The notes beneath the pieces were generated by a model, which made no database searches, was not told where the DNA came from, and saw nothing but the letters and a program-made list of their open reading frames with translations. Shown piece by piece: positions 37,178-50,128 of a stretch of DNA of 64,000 nt. Origin of the DNA: Octopus sinensis (lineage: Eukaryota); assembly GCF_006345805.1 (NCBI RefSeq), contig NC_043007.1, positions 11,222,001-11,286,000 on the forward strand, given 5' to 3'. Made by a program: the position numbers and the translations under genes. The number at the start of each line of letters is the position of its first letter. Positions within the stretch are counted from its first letter, which is position 1.

Positions 37178-37790
37178 TTCAGGTTTTGGCACAAGGCCTG
37201 CAATTTCGGGGGTGGGTATAAGTTGATTACATCGACCCTACCAGTGTTCAACTGGTGCATATTTATCAACCCCAAAAGGATGAAAGGCAAAGTTGTCCTC
37301 GGCGGAATTTGAACTCAGAACATGGAGACAGATGAAATGTCACTTAACATTATGCTCAGCAGGAGTGGCTGTGTGGTAAGTAGCTTGCTTACCAGCCACA
37401 TAATTTAGGGTTCAGTCCCATTGCGTGGCACCTTGGGTAAGTGTCTTCTACTATAGCTTCAGGCCGACTAAAGCCTTGTGAGTGGATTTGGTAGACGGAA
37501 ACTGAAAGAAGCCCGTCGTATATATGCATATGTATATATATGTGTGTGTGTGTTTGTCCCTCCTCCCCAACATCGTTTGACAACCGATGCTGGTGTGTTT
37601 ACGTTCCCGTAACTTAGCGGTTCAGCAAAAAAGACCAATAGAATAAGTACTAGGCTTACAAAGAGTAAGTCCTGGGGTCGATTTGCTCGACTAAAGGCGG
37701 TGCTCCAGCATGGTCGCAGTCAAATGACTGAAACAAGTAAAAGAGAGTAAAAAGAGCGTGCTAACGATTCTACCAGCTCACCGCCTTCTT
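37178..37790 (-). mobile_element. SINE family B split by a family A insertion
   Basis: GAACTCAGAAC..ATTATGCTCAGC resumes as GTGCTAACGATTCTACCAGCTCACCGCC at ~37757. Confidence 0.75.
37359..37756 (+). mobile_element. SINE family A, full length
   Basis: Matches other copies. Confidence 0.92.
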
Positions 37791-38022
37791 CCCATCTGTA
37801 ATAATACGGCCATATTTGATGCAGGGCAAATTTTTTGATGTATCTAAAAATAAAAGAAAGCGCATCTTATACATTAATAAATACGTTAATTCAATTAATT
37901 TAGTAACATATATTAATATATTTAATTCGTTCTGTCATATTCTTTTGGCTAATGTCAAGCATTGATCCATTAGATTGGCACCTTTTCAAAATAACTAAGA
38001 ATTGCATTAAAATATCAAATAT

Positions 38023-38187
38023 AAACAATTGCAGCGTGGAAGGTCACGGATTTTTGTCAGTGAACAGGTCGCGGTCTTATAGCGACGAAAATATTTTGGC
38101 AAATTAAACTTAAATGTTGAAGTGAATCGAGCGGCTTTTGTGTGTTTCTTAAATGGCTTACAAACACCTTCCACGCTGCAATTGTTT
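38023..38187. mobile_element. Small MITE-like element, 22-bp perfect inverted repeats
   Basis: AAACAATTGCAGCGTGGAAGGT (38023-38044) / ACCTTCCACGCTGCAATTGTTT (38166-38187). Confidence 0.7.
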
Positions 38188-38331
38188 TCGTTCCAGCACA
38201 CGATCTCGGATCAAATCACTTGCTATGCAAGTCCATCTCCGTAATCAAATATAAAGTTTTCTATAAATCGTTGTATATAATTTTAAACAAATGCAATTTA
38301 TAAAATCGTAAAAGTACTCATATGTAAGTGA

Positions 38332-38572
38332 TGTTATATAATCATTACAACAAACATGAACAATCAACGTCGCCCATTGTCTCCCTTGATAAAAGGACTT
38401 TCACTTTGTTTCCCGCTAAAAACAATTAACTTGTACAACAACGGCAGTCGAATAAAGTATCTTGTATCGTTAACACGTCGTTTCAGTCTCTCTCATTTTC
38501 TTAATCTTTCATACTAGGTACTCACTACTTCCTTTAATACTCAATACATTATATATATATATAACAACAACA
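38332..38572 (+). repeat. 5' LTR (241 bp)
   Basis: Differs from the 3' LTR by one substitution and 4 bp of (TA)n; contains AATAAA. Confidence 0.97.
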
Positions 38573-38583
38573 TGGTGTCAGAA
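38573..38583 (+). promoter_or_regulatory. Primer-binding site, tRNA-Leu type
   Basis: TGGTGTCAGAA directly after the LTR CA, complementary to the 3' end of tRNA-Leu(CAA)-type tRNAs. Confidence 0.85.
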
Positions 38584-38650
38584 TACTAAAAGAACCCAAA
38601 ATACAGAAACCAAAGGAAAAAAGAAGTTGAAATCATACTTCAAAGACGAA

Positions 38651-41600
38651 ATGGAAAATTTACCACATCCAAAAGACCTAGACTTTAATCAGGAAAATCT
38701 AGCCGCAGCATGGAAAAAGTGGAAAAAAGAATTCAATCTCTTTTTGATAGCAACAGAAAGTGACATGAAGCCAGACAAAGTAAAAACTTCAATGTTTTTA
38801 ACTTGCATCGGTTCTAAAGGCCGAGATATCCATTCCACACTGGATTTCGATTCACCCGACGAAGAAATGAACCTTCAGACAGTAATCGAAAAATTCGATG
38901 CATATTGTGAACCCAGGAAAAACATAACTTTCCTAAGACACAAATTCTTCACATGTGGACAAGCGGAACATCAAAAATTCGATGAGTACGTAGTAGAGTT
39001 GCGCCAAAAGGCACAACAGTGCGAATTCGGCAACCTCACAGACAGTCTCACCAAGATATTCTGATATGTGGAATCAGAGACATGAGATTAAGAGAAAGAT
39101 TATTGAGAGAACCAAATTAGACCTACAAAAAACAATTCAAGCAGGTCAGAGTGCAGAGCAAACACGACTCCAATCAAGGATGCTAAATGCCACATCCGAA
39201 ACAAGAGATAACGAAATCTCGAGGGTATATAGTCAACACGACAGAAAAGGCGCCAAAACCCAAATAACCCCCGCCATATGCAATCCAGACATCAAAACGA
39301 ACAAGGCGGAAGTGACAGAAAGCCCGCGAAGTTTCAAGCGCCAAGTCAACACTACGTCACTAACTGTCACTATTGTGGTTATAATCACAAAAGAAATAAA
39401 TGCCCAGCATTTCACAAGACATGTGAAAAATGCAAGAAACAAGGACACTATGCAAAAATGTGCAAATCAAGAAAATTTGTACATAAAGTAGAGATACATA
39501 CCGACGATGAATCAGATGACGATACACATGCACTCGAAATGATCACTGCAAATAATTCCCGCGTGCACAAAATCGAAAAGTTCAAGACTCCAAAAGACAT
39601 TTGGACGGTCGAACTAAAAGTGAACAACTCGAATGTAACATTCAAAATAGATACAGGAGCAGACGTAACCGTACTGCCATTCAGAGAATATAGAAATATA
39701 ATTCCAAAACCACAACTGCAAAAAACTTCAACTCGATTATCAGCTTATAATAACACAGCTATAAAAGTGCTAGGAAAATGCACAGCAGTCATTAAATACA
39801 AAGAATTATCAAAGCAAATAAAATTCATTGTTGCAAAAACAAACTCGCACGCAGTTATAGATGCAAAGACAGCTAAAGATCTGAACCTAATTCAGAGAAT
39901 TTCAAAAATAAATTCGTTGAACACAAACGACATATTAGAAAAATATGAAGACTGTTTCGGAGAAATCGGCACTTTGTCAATAACACATCATATCACAGTG
40001 GATCCACAAATAACTCCTGTAATTCATCCACCAAGATCGGTTCCTTTTTATATAAAAGAAAAACTCAACAAAGAATTAAAAAGAATGACAGAATTAGATA
40101 TCATAAAACCTGTTAGTGAACCTACAGACTGGGTAAATTCCCTAGTCATCGTTGAAAAAGCCAACGGAAAACTCCGACTCTGTTTAGACCCCAAGAATCT
40201 AAACAAAGCCATAAAAAGGCAACATTTCAAACTCCCTACAGCGGAGGACATTTTTGCACAAATGCATAACCCTAAATATTTTTCAAAACTCGATGCATCT
40301 AATGGATACTGGCAAATTCCAGTTGACGAAGAAAGCTCCCATCTTTTAACGTTCAACACACCTTTTGGAAGGTATCGCTTCACACGACTACCCTTTGGAA
40401 TTCACAGCGCCAGTGAAGTTTTCCAAAAAGAAATTTCAAAAATAATAGAGGGCATAGAAGGAGCAAGAAATTCACAGGATGACATCATAATCTGGTCCAA
40501 CACTTTAGAAGAACACACAAATAGACTACAACAAGTTTTCGATCGAATCCGAAAGCACGGATTAAAGTTAAATCAATCAAAGTGTATCTTCTATGAATCA
40601 CAAATCAAGTACCTTGGGCATATATTAACCAGCGAAGGGATAAAACAAGATCCAACCAAGGTACAAGCAATCATTCACATGCCACTGCCAACAAGTAAAA
40701 AAGAATTACAAAGATTCCTAGGTATGACAAATTACCTATGTAAATTTTTATCTAATTACTCTCCGAAGTCACAGCACCATTGCGCCAGCTTCTACAGAGT
40801 GACACGTTATGGTCATTCGACAAACCACAAATCGAAGCAATAAAAAAGCTAAAAGAAATGATTACCAGTAAACCAGTGCTACAATTTTATGATCCTGATC
40901 TACCAATAAAAATAACTACAGATGCTAGTAAGCATGGGCTCGGAGCGATACTTGAGCAGAAACACAACGAAAGATGGCTACCTGTTTCGTTTGCATCTCG
41001 TGCAACAACTCAAGCGGAACAAAACTACTGTCCGATAGAGAGCGAAGCTCTCAGTATAGTTTTCGCATGCAAGAAATTTCATCAGTTTATATACGGAACT
41101 CATTTCAGAATCGAAAATGACCATAAACCGTTGAAGCAAATATTCAAAAAATCGATCACTAAATGCCCCCCACAGAATCCAAAGATTTCTACTAACATTA
41201 CAAAGATATGATTTTGACCTAAACCACATACCTGGTAAAGAATCAATTGTTGCAGATACCCTATCACGTGCATACCTTGAGCAAAATACTCCAGAAGTAC
41301 CAGACGAAGATATGAAATCGCACATTCATGCAGTAATAAAAAATTACCCCATAACCGACACTAAATTAAAAGAGTATAAAGAAGCCACTGCAGACGACCC
41401 GTCTCTACAGACACTCGTCACATATACAAGAACAGAATGGCCCCCAAAAGACAAAATACCAATAAACATCAAACCATTCGTATCCGTTCGTGATGAAATA
41501 TCAATCGTCAATGGTCTCGTTCTAAAAGGTTCAAGAATAATTGTACCTAAGTCATTACGTAGAGAAGCTCTACAGGAAATACATACCGGACACATGGGTA

Positions 41601-42595
41601 TCGAAAAATGCATAGAGAGAGCGAAGGAATGTATATACTGGCCCGGCATTAACGCTCAAATCAAAGACATGATTAACACATGCTCATACTGCATTGACTA
41701 CAAAAATCACAAGCAGCCGAACCACTAATAAATCATGAAATACCTACTACACACATGGACCAAAGTGGGTACAGACGTATTTCACCTGTCTGGAAATTCG
41801 TATGTCACAATTATTGACTATACAACAAGATTTTTTGATCTACACGAAATAAATGATTGCCAGTCAAAAACCGTAATCAAAAAATTAAAAGAAACTTTTG
41901 CTAAATTCGGAATTCTGCAAACAGTTGTAAGTGACAACGGTCCAGAATTCAATTCGGCTGAATTCAAAAAATTTGCAAAAATTGGCATTTTCATCACACG
42001 AAGACAAGCCCGCATTATCATCAAGCGAATGGCATGGTTGAGAGAAATATACAGACAATAAAAAAGACGCTAAAAAAGGCATTCAAAAGTGACGAAAGAA
42101 CCTCAGTTAGCGCTCTTAGCATTACGCACGACTAAATTACAAAATGGTGCACCATCCCCTGCAAATCAAATAATGAATAGAACATTGCGAACAAATCTCC
42201 CAAACATACTACACGACAAAATTGGTATCAGGCCTCACGAAAAGAAGAAATCAAACATTACAACAGAACTCCCAGAGTTAAAACCACACGACACGGTTAG
42301 AATTAAGTTTAACAACAATTGGTTTAGAAGGGGCAAAATAATTAAAAAACTAGAGCAACCTCGTTCATACTTAGTAACAGAGGAAGGAAATACAGTCAAA
42401 CGAAATAGACAACATATTCTTAAAACAAACGAACACGTTCGCATAACAGAAGAATTAGATTATGAAAATATATTTCCAAAGTCAACAAACACGCATGAAA
42501 AAACAAAAACAGCACAACTACAGAATTCAACACTACAAAATAATAAAACCACAAAAAGTGGACGACGAATAATTATTCCCTGTAGATACAGATGA
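38651..42595 (+). pseudogene. gag-pol, frameshifted into about 6 ORF pieces
   Basis: Gag WKKWKKEF..CEFG; two CCHC-like knuckles; protease FKIDTGADV; RT LCLDP, KLDASNGYWQ, SQDD; RNase H TDASK, ENDHKPL; integrase HxGHxG..C..C, VGTDVF, SDNGPEF. Confidence 0.95.
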
Positions 42596-42610
42596 TATAA
42601 AAAAAAATTA

Positions 42611-42635
42611 AAAAAAAAAAAAAAAAAGAGGAAGA
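42611..42635 (+). promoter_or_regulatory. Polypurine tract
   Basis: A-run + GAGGAAGA immediately before the 3' LTR. Confidence 0.85.
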
Positions 42636-42872
42636 TGTTATATAATCATCACAACAAACATGAACAATCAACGTCGCCCATTGTCTCCCTTGATAAAAGG
42701 ACTTTCACTTTGTTTCCCGCTAAAAACAATTAACTTGTACAACAACGGCAGTCGAATAAAGTATCTTGTATCGTTAACACGTCGTTTCAGTCTCTCTCAT
42801 TTTCTTAATCTTTCATACTAGGTACTCACTACTTCCTTTAATACTCAATACATTATATATATAACAACAACA
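42636..42872 (+). repeat. 3' LTR (237 bp)
   Basis: Near-identical to the 5' LTR. Confidence 0.97.
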
Positions 42873-43181
42873 AGTGAGAGAGAGAGAGAGAGGGAGAACG
42901 AGAGAGAGAGAGTGGAAAGAGGAAGAAAAGAGGGAGAGAGGTAGGGGAGGAAGAGGGAGTTAAATTGTAAGGGCAACCGCAGTGACGTAGCTGGATTATG
43001 TGCCGCTTGGGGGCAACCGTACCCTACCAACCCCTTCGGTTTATACAGCAAACACCTGTAAGTGCTGTTCCCATTTAAGCATCACCTGTGGTGGACCTAC
43101 ACCCACGAATCCCTCAAAACAGGAAAAGACAACAAAAAGACGAAGACAAGTACGGAAACAAAAACGGACCATACAGAACCA

Positions 43182-43769
43182 ATGGACTACACACAAGTCA
43201 CTCATAAAAGGAAAAAAGATAATACCCAGGACTCCCCTCCCCAAACAAAGAAAAAAACAGCAAACACAGCAGACACACACACCAAGCAAATCCCCCAACC
43301 CTACCCCCATGGCACTGTTTTCATTGGAAAACAGTTTGCCAAGCCCCTCCCCATAAAACAAGACATAAAAAAGTGTTTACAGAAGAACGAGAGGATCATA
43401 GCTTTCGACGAGAAAAACGAAAGAGTGTATAAGTGTTGTAAATTTTCAAGATTTGTATTGTATAGTAGAGCCACAGATGTGAAAGCAACCGCTCGCTTCG
43501 CGAAGGTAGGGGAGGACGAGTGGAAGGAGGAGGTTCTTCAGGAACATCAGGAACCGTCTAATAAGAGACGTGACCAAAGAGGTAATGGAGGGCAAACTGA
43601 TAATAACCCCGGCAACCACACCCACCCAGAGCCCAGTGGCAACGCCGGTCAAGAGCCTGCAGCAGCGGAGAAGGGGAAGCAGGCAGATTTAAACTGTCAT
43701 GCTCCTTTCCCAACCGTGAGTACATTTATTTTTCTCTCTAACCTACAATGGCTAAGCTGGGTTGTATAA
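43182..43769 (+). CDS. Short ORF1 (195 aa, low complexity, no recognisable CCHC)
   Basis: First ATG after the TSD in ORF 43062..43769; overlaps the ORF2 start by 22 nt. Confidence 0.55.
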   Translation: MDYTQVTHKRKKDNTQDSPPQTKKKTANTADTHTKQIPQPYPHGTVFIGKQFAKPLPIKQDIKKCLQKNERIIAFDEKNERVYKCCKFSRFVLYSRATDVKATARFAKVGEDEWKEEVLQEHQEPSNKRRDQRGNGGQTDNNPGNHTHPEPSGNAGQEPAAAEKGKQADLNCHAPFPTVSTFIFLSNLQWLSWVV

Positions 43770-46700
43770 ATGTACGTGGAATGGGGTCGAAACGGAAACA
43801 AATTGTTTCCTGAACGACCTCACCGACAATGGTGTAGATATAGCCATTGCAACCGAGTCCAAGATGAGCGAGACCCAAGCGTTCTCGCCTCTTCTAAATG
43901 TTTCGAGAAATTTATTTCTCCTAGCCGAGGAAGAGGCAGAGGCGTGGCAGTCTTCATCAGGAAGAGCTTGGACTTGCAGGTAAGTACTGTCTTTCTGGAC
44001 CCAGAAGGCAGGCTGGTTGTCCTGGATGTGACTCACGTAAGTAAACAGTCCTTCAGGTTGGTAGCTGTCTACGCCCCGAACGAGGGTAGACAGACGGGTT
44101 TTTTTCGGAACCTGGAGCCCTTTTTAGTAGCGACGTCGAAAACAGTAATCCTAGTAGGGGACTTTAACACTGTCCTTGAAGCGCAGATCGACAATGTTGG
44201 CTCAACCAATAGGAAGGGGAACCCTAGCCTCAAGGGTCTACTAGAGAGCTTTGATCTAGTGGACCGTTACCGACTGGATGAGCCGAGCGTTCCACAGTGG
44301 ACGTGGAGTAACAACGACGGCTCACACAGATCGTATCTAGATAGGATATTTATCAAGAAAAGAGATAAGGATACGTTTAGTTGTCCACAATTTCATATTG
44401 TACCCTACTCGGATCACAAATTTGTGACGTGTGGGATGCAATTAGACAAGTGTCATAGACAGGGACCCGGGTACTGGAAGCTGAACAAGGCTATTTTGAA
44501 TTGTGAAGACTTCCGTGCCCGGATTAAGGTGTTAGTTCAGAGGGCATTGTGTGGCACCATCATTAACAATAGATGGTGGCACGCCCTCAAAAGAGCCATT
44601 CGTTCAGAGTCCGTTAGATTTAGCAATCAGCTAAGGATAGATAGGGCTAGTCTAGAGGGCGATTTAGTTAAGAATCTAGACGAGGCAATGGAAGCTGGCT
44701 CTGCATCCGGAGTGTTGGCGGCAAGGACGGTATTGTACCGTCACCTTAACTCCAAACACGAAGGTTGCAGAGTCAGAGCTAAGCTATGCGCTGGGAAACG
44801 AGAAGGTATTAACGTGGCCGGATGGGCCCGTCGTGTGGAGAGTCAGAGAGCAACAGAGCCTCAATCAAATCTTTGACTGACGAACAGGGACAAAAGATCT
44901 ATGGACAGGAGGAGATGCAAAAGTTTCTTCACCAGCATTTCGCCCGCGTGTTCGGGGGTGGTGGTTCGCTGGATCGGGGGAGAGCCTTAAAGGACTTCCT
45001 AGCCGGCGGACCGCGGCTCGCGGGGCGTGAGGTGGAGTGCTGTGAAGGAGCGATCACTCCCGCGGAGATAAAGGAGATACTGGCCGGATGCGCCGGGGTT
45101 GGATGGTCTGCCCTACGAGTTTTACCAAAGTATGCCGGACTTCTTCGGGAATACTGGCGGGCGTCTACACGAACTGGCAGCAGAATGGGAGAATTCCCAG
45201 TTCTGTAAGCCGGGGAGTGGTGACGCTAATCCAGAAAGACCCGAGCAAGGGGATAACATCAGTAACTACAGGCCCATAACTCTACTTAATGTAGAGTTAA
45301 AGATTTTGGCCAAGGTGTTGGCAAAAAGGTTGACGGTTTGTCGTGGAGAAACTTGTAGGGAGAGCACAGACATGTGCAATTCCAGGCAGGTCGATCCAGG
45401 ACAACCTTCACCTTATACGCTACACCTTAGATAGGGTGGGTAAATTAGCCGGCAAAGGCGGGGTAATGGTCCATTTAGACCAAAGTAAGCCTTCGATAGG
45501 GTAGACCATGGGTACCTGGCGACGGTCCTCGAAGCGGCTGGGCTGGGCCCTGAATTTCGCGGGTGGATCTCCGCTATGTATAGCGGCATCAAGTCCACCG
45601 TCCAGATAACGGTTACCTAACGGAACCGTTTTCGATCGAGTGTTCAGTGCGTCAGGGGTGCCCCTTGTCACCACTTTTGTACGTATTGGCTCTTGAGCCA
45701 TTGCTGCGAAAGTTGGAGAGGCTGGGGAGTAACTCGGATGAAATCGGAGGTGGGAGGACGGTTACTGCTTATCGGATGACGTCACCCTCATCGCGTCCAA
45801 AGAGGCCCAACTACCTTGTGTAGAGGAGGCTATCAGAGGATACGAGGCGGTGGCAGGAGCAAAGGTTAACAAGGACAAATCGGTTGGCTTGCGCCTCGGC
45901 ACCTGGAGGAGCAAGTCGATATCGTCCAGTGTCGTGGGACACTGGACGGATGGCCCTGTTAAGTTGCTGGGAGTTTGGTTTGGGCCAGACTCCCAAACGG
46001 AGAAGAACTGGAGTGAGGTGACAAGCAAGGTGGAAGCCATAGTACGGACCTGGTCGGAAGGTTTCTGTCCTTGAAAGGAAAGGCGGAGGTGGTGCAGATG
46101 TTCATTGCATCTGTAATCACCTACCGCCTGACCGTTGTCCCTTGCCCCGATTCATGGCTTAACAAGTTGGAGCGAATCCTTTTCCGCTTTTTGTGGAAAG
46201 GAGGAAGGCCACTTGTGAGGCGCTCCGTTTGCTGCCAGGAACCGTTAAAGGGTGGGTAGGAATACCTTGGTTGATGATGCGCAGACATGCGTTGAGGCTA
46301 AGGCATCTCTGGCACCACCTGGAAGGTGATAAGGTGTGGAGTCCGCTGGCAGGGGGATTTTTCCCGAGACCGGCCTCCTTAGTGAATTTTAAAACCGGTT
46401 ACATCAAAAGATGGAAACTGACTCCATGGCAAAAGGAGTGCCGACAGGCACTCACGCTGATCCACAAGGCGGGCAAGGCCGGCTGCGGAAATACCACCTC
46501 GGTATTTTATAGAGGGCTGGTAGAGGCAAAAAACGACGACGTCCTAGGAGGGGCTCTGGGGTTCGACGAAGACCAGCTTACCAACCTGTTTAAAAAACTT
46601 TCAGGTCGGGGTATTTGGATAATTTCCAAAGATCCCTGGCCTGGCAGTGCTACAGGAATGCTTTACCTGTTCGCGAGAAGTTATCGCGGCACGGAGTTTC

Positions 46701-47115
46701 AGTGCCACCGACGTGTCCAAGGTGCGAGTTGGACGATGAAACCGTCCAGCACGCTTTTGTTCACTGTCGGAAGTTGTCCGACTTGATAAGTTACGCAGAA
46801 CACGTGTTATCGCATCTGGGACGAGTACAGCTGTCGGCTGAGTCTATGATTAAGATGATACCGCCAACTGGACTCTCGAAGGAAGGTAAGGCATGTTTTC
46901 ACTGCACGGTTGCAGTAGTAAAAGAGTGCATGTGGAGAACAAGAATGGAAGGAGCCGCGATAGGATCCTTTGTCTCCGGCCCCGGCTTGCTCACTTACTT
47001 CAGATATCATCTGAAGAGCAAAATGGGGCTGGAAAAGAGGATCTTACCACGGGGTGTGTATGAGAAAAGATGGAAGGAAGTGGAAAAAAAGGTGGGTGTC
47101 AGAAGCCCAGCTTGA
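43748..47115 (+). pseudogene. ORF2 (APE endonuclease, RT, zinc finger), frameshifted
   Basis: MAKLGCINVRG; AVYAP; GDFN; YLDRIF; SDH; GYWKLN; DGLPYEFY; NYRPITLLN; KAFDRV; RQGCPLSP; GAKVN; CPRC..ETVQHAFVHC. Confidence 0.93.
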
Positions 47116-47834
47116 CCATGGAGGAAGGAGAGGAAATAAAAGCTGCGGGGCCTCATAAATTGCCGGGGTGTAAAAACTCCAGTGAGATTATAAGTTCATG
47201 TACTGTTGTTTGTTCTACTGGTCATGTAAAGGACATTTATGTTATAATGAATAATCCAAATGTAAATGAAAATTTTTAAACGAATCTCTTAAATGTTTTT
47301 TGTATGTATGTCCTGTATTTGTCCTTCTGTGTAATCGATTTTTATAATCATAATAAAGAAATACCCACGAATCCCTCCCCCCACCGTCAATATGCTACTG
47401 GACAACGGTAGAAGGACGAGAAATCCTAACCTAGTACCGAGAGCTTTTGCACAACTTACGAAACAATGGGTTGTTCCTGGAAAACTTTCTATCCAAAGAG
47501 CAGGGCTAGGTAAGATTTTAATCTTTTTCTTTTTGTTTTTGCATTTTCTCAAGAAGCTCAACTCACTTTATTATATCGCCAATGTTGTTGAAGGACGAGG
47601 CAAGAGCTGAGACATTTTGACACCAAGGTCAATAAAGGCATTATTATCGGAACCCGCAACGATTCTGATCAGACGTTCTGACATCCAGCCATTCCAATGC
47701 GGAAAAATACAGAGATTATGATTCCCCAAAAAATTTCTAAAAATTTTTGTAAAATTCTTTTTTTAAGAATTTCTTTTTCTAAATATGCGGAAAAATATGG
47801 ACATTATAATTTGGACAAACATTTCTGTAGTTAT

Positions 47835-47880
47835 GGTTTTAGGGTTTTAGGGTTTTTGGGTTAGAGTTAGTGTTAGTGTT
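47835..47880. repeat. Degenerate telomere-like (TTAGGG) repeats inside an unclassified AT-rich repeat
   Basis: TTTTAGGGTTTTAGGGTTTTTGGGTTAGAGTTAGTGTTAGTG. Confidence 0.6.
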
Positions 47881-48936
47881 GGGGGGAAAAAGTCAAAATT
47901 GAAGAATTTGGGGGTGGGGAAGGGGAGGGGGATTTAACAATCCCGATTTTTGGCAATTTTGCGGGAGTTTGGCAAAAAAAAATTTTAAAAGTAAACAAAT
48001 TTGGGAGAAAATAGTGGTGGTGGTGGTGGTGGTGGGAGAACGGGTGGAAGTCTTTCCCAGACTTGCTGTTTACAATGTTGGGATAAGTTCCAATTATAAA
48101 ATATACGTAGTATCTTCCAATAACAAATAACACAGGACGATCTTACTGAAGGCGATTACGTAGTCGCAGTGCCTGCTAGAAATAGCAGCTACTTTCTCTC
48201 AACTGAAATTCTTTCTAGAACATCTTTTATCATTTACTTGTTTCAGTCATTAGACTGTTGCCATGCTGGGACACCGCCCTGAAGAATATTAGTCGAACGA
48301 TTTGACCCCGGTGCTTATCTTTTTAACCCCTGTATTTATTCTATCGTTTTTCGTGTTTTTTATGTCGAACCGCTAAGTTACGGGGACATAAACACCAGTT
48401 GTCAAGCGGTGGTGAATTACACACACACACATTGGGTCATCCCATAAATAATGTGGGTTTTTTTTATACTTATATTTTTCGAAATTAAGATAAGCAAAGT
48501 TCTTTTTTAATCTAAAACATACTCTCCTTCATTTTCTACAATGCTCTTCCATCTATCCGGCAGACTTGCAAGGCCCCTCTTCCGAAATGCACTCGTCCGT
48601 AACGAAAAAGACTCCTCCGTTAATGTTTTGACCTCGTCTACAAAATTCATATTTTTTCCGTCCAAATGATTTTGAAGACTGCGGAATAAATGATAAACAG
48701 ATGGGACAATGTCTGGTGAATATGGTGAGTGGGGCATCGTTTCCCATTCAAACAGCTCCAGCCTTTGGAATGTCATCCTTGCTGTATGTGGCCAAGCATT
48801 ATCCTGATGGAAGAACGCCGTTCATCGTGAAACCAAAGATGGTCGTTTTTCTTCTAGCGCTGACTTAAGCCACTCAAGCTGCTTGCTGTAGATCTCCTTC
48901 TTTATCATTTGGTTTGGGTTTAAAAGTTCAAAGTGG

Positions 48937-49525
48937 ACTAAGCCTTTCTAGAACCCCTATCTTGCCCAGGATATTAATCGTCTGGAAGCCGTTCAGCGAC
49001 GTGCAACCAAAAGAATACCCTCCATCAGGCATTTGCCATATTCTGAACGCCTTACTTCCCTGGGCATGGACACATTGAAACTCCAACGTCTGGCAGCTGA
49101 CTTGGCAGACACCCATAAAATTATTAACCATCTTACAAACAATAACTCTGAGCACCTTTTCAAGCTCCACCTGTCTAACACCCATGGACATGTTTACAAA
49201 GTCAGAAAACAGCACAGCTCTCATGACTTTCAGAAACATTTTTTCACGCTAAGAGTTGCTGAAGCATGGAACAAACTGCCGGCATCAGTTGTTAGTTGTC
49301 GGAGCACTGCATCCTTCAAAACTTCCATGCTTCCTGAGATTCGCCAACACTACACCTGATTTTCTCCCTTCCATACACACGCAAGCATGTATCTGACTCA
49401 TACACTGTTCACTTCTCAGACATTTGTACGTTACTGGATATGCTTTATACGAACTTTTTGACAAGTTGTGGTGCACCTGAGCACTGTATACAATAATTTC
49501 ATTATTATTATTATTATTATTATTG
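48937..49525 (+). mobile_element. CR1-clade LINE 3' fragment with (ATT)n tail
   Basis: INRLEAVQRRATKRIP..YSERL..LG..RL..DL..RVAEAWNKLP. Confidence 0.9.
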
Positions 49526-50078
49526 AGTGAGAGAGCAGTGCATGCCATCAAAGTGACACTGGGGTAAAATATACGAAGCCCAATATACCCATCATGACTA
49601 CCCGTCTGATAAAGGTACACCAGGCACATGCATCACAACCATATGTGCGCGACATGGTGATCTCATATCAAGATAAACAGCACATGACCTTGCAGGTGGG
49701 GCCCAGTTAGAATTTTCTTCAGATTGAGTAGCCCATCCCGCTCAAACGGTCCCTGAATAAGGGTTGTTTAAGGATGTTGAAAGAACCACCCATGTTTCCA
49801 GAGGTGAACTATTCAAACCCCAAAGAATCCCTCTCAACACATGGCTATGATGCTCCCCCACTACTTCTGCTCGTGATCAGAGATGCACATATTGTCAGCC
49901 ACGAAGGGACATGCTCAACTGGTTAAGGTCAAACAACTGACAAGCAAATCTGTGGTATTGAGCAGAATATTTGCTGTAGCCCATCTTTTATACCAAGACA
50001 AAACAATGTACATGATAACACTTCCAATCAGTTAAGATCAGAAGCCATGAGAGCCACTGCCTGGTACTGCATCAGGGC
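49526..50078. repeat. Unclassified ~550-bp repeat flanked by (ATT)n on both sides
   Basis: Second copy at 33900-34225; no ORF, no TIR seen. Confidence 0.85.

Positions 50079-50128
<50 letters not shown>

Larger units (their letters stand above)
38332..42872 (+). mobile_element. Full-length Ty3/Gypsy LTR retrotransposon (Mag-like)
   Basis: LTRs TG..CA at 38332-38572 and 42636-42872; TSD AGTGA (38327-38331, 42873-42877); PBS; PPT; gag-PR-RT-RH-IN order. Confidence 0.98.
43116..47362 (+). mobile_element. Tx1/L1-clade LINE with 15-bp TSD
   Basis: TSD ACCCACGAATCCCTC at 43101-43115 and 47363-47377; AATAAA just before the 3' TSD; ORF1 + ORF2. Confidence 0.93.

Noticed and set aside
50020-50078. 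U2 snRNA similarity (TGCAGTACC, ATCAGTT) in the (ATT)n-flanked repeat
   Set aside because: Only short scattered k-mers; no branch-point recognition sequence or Sm site in order
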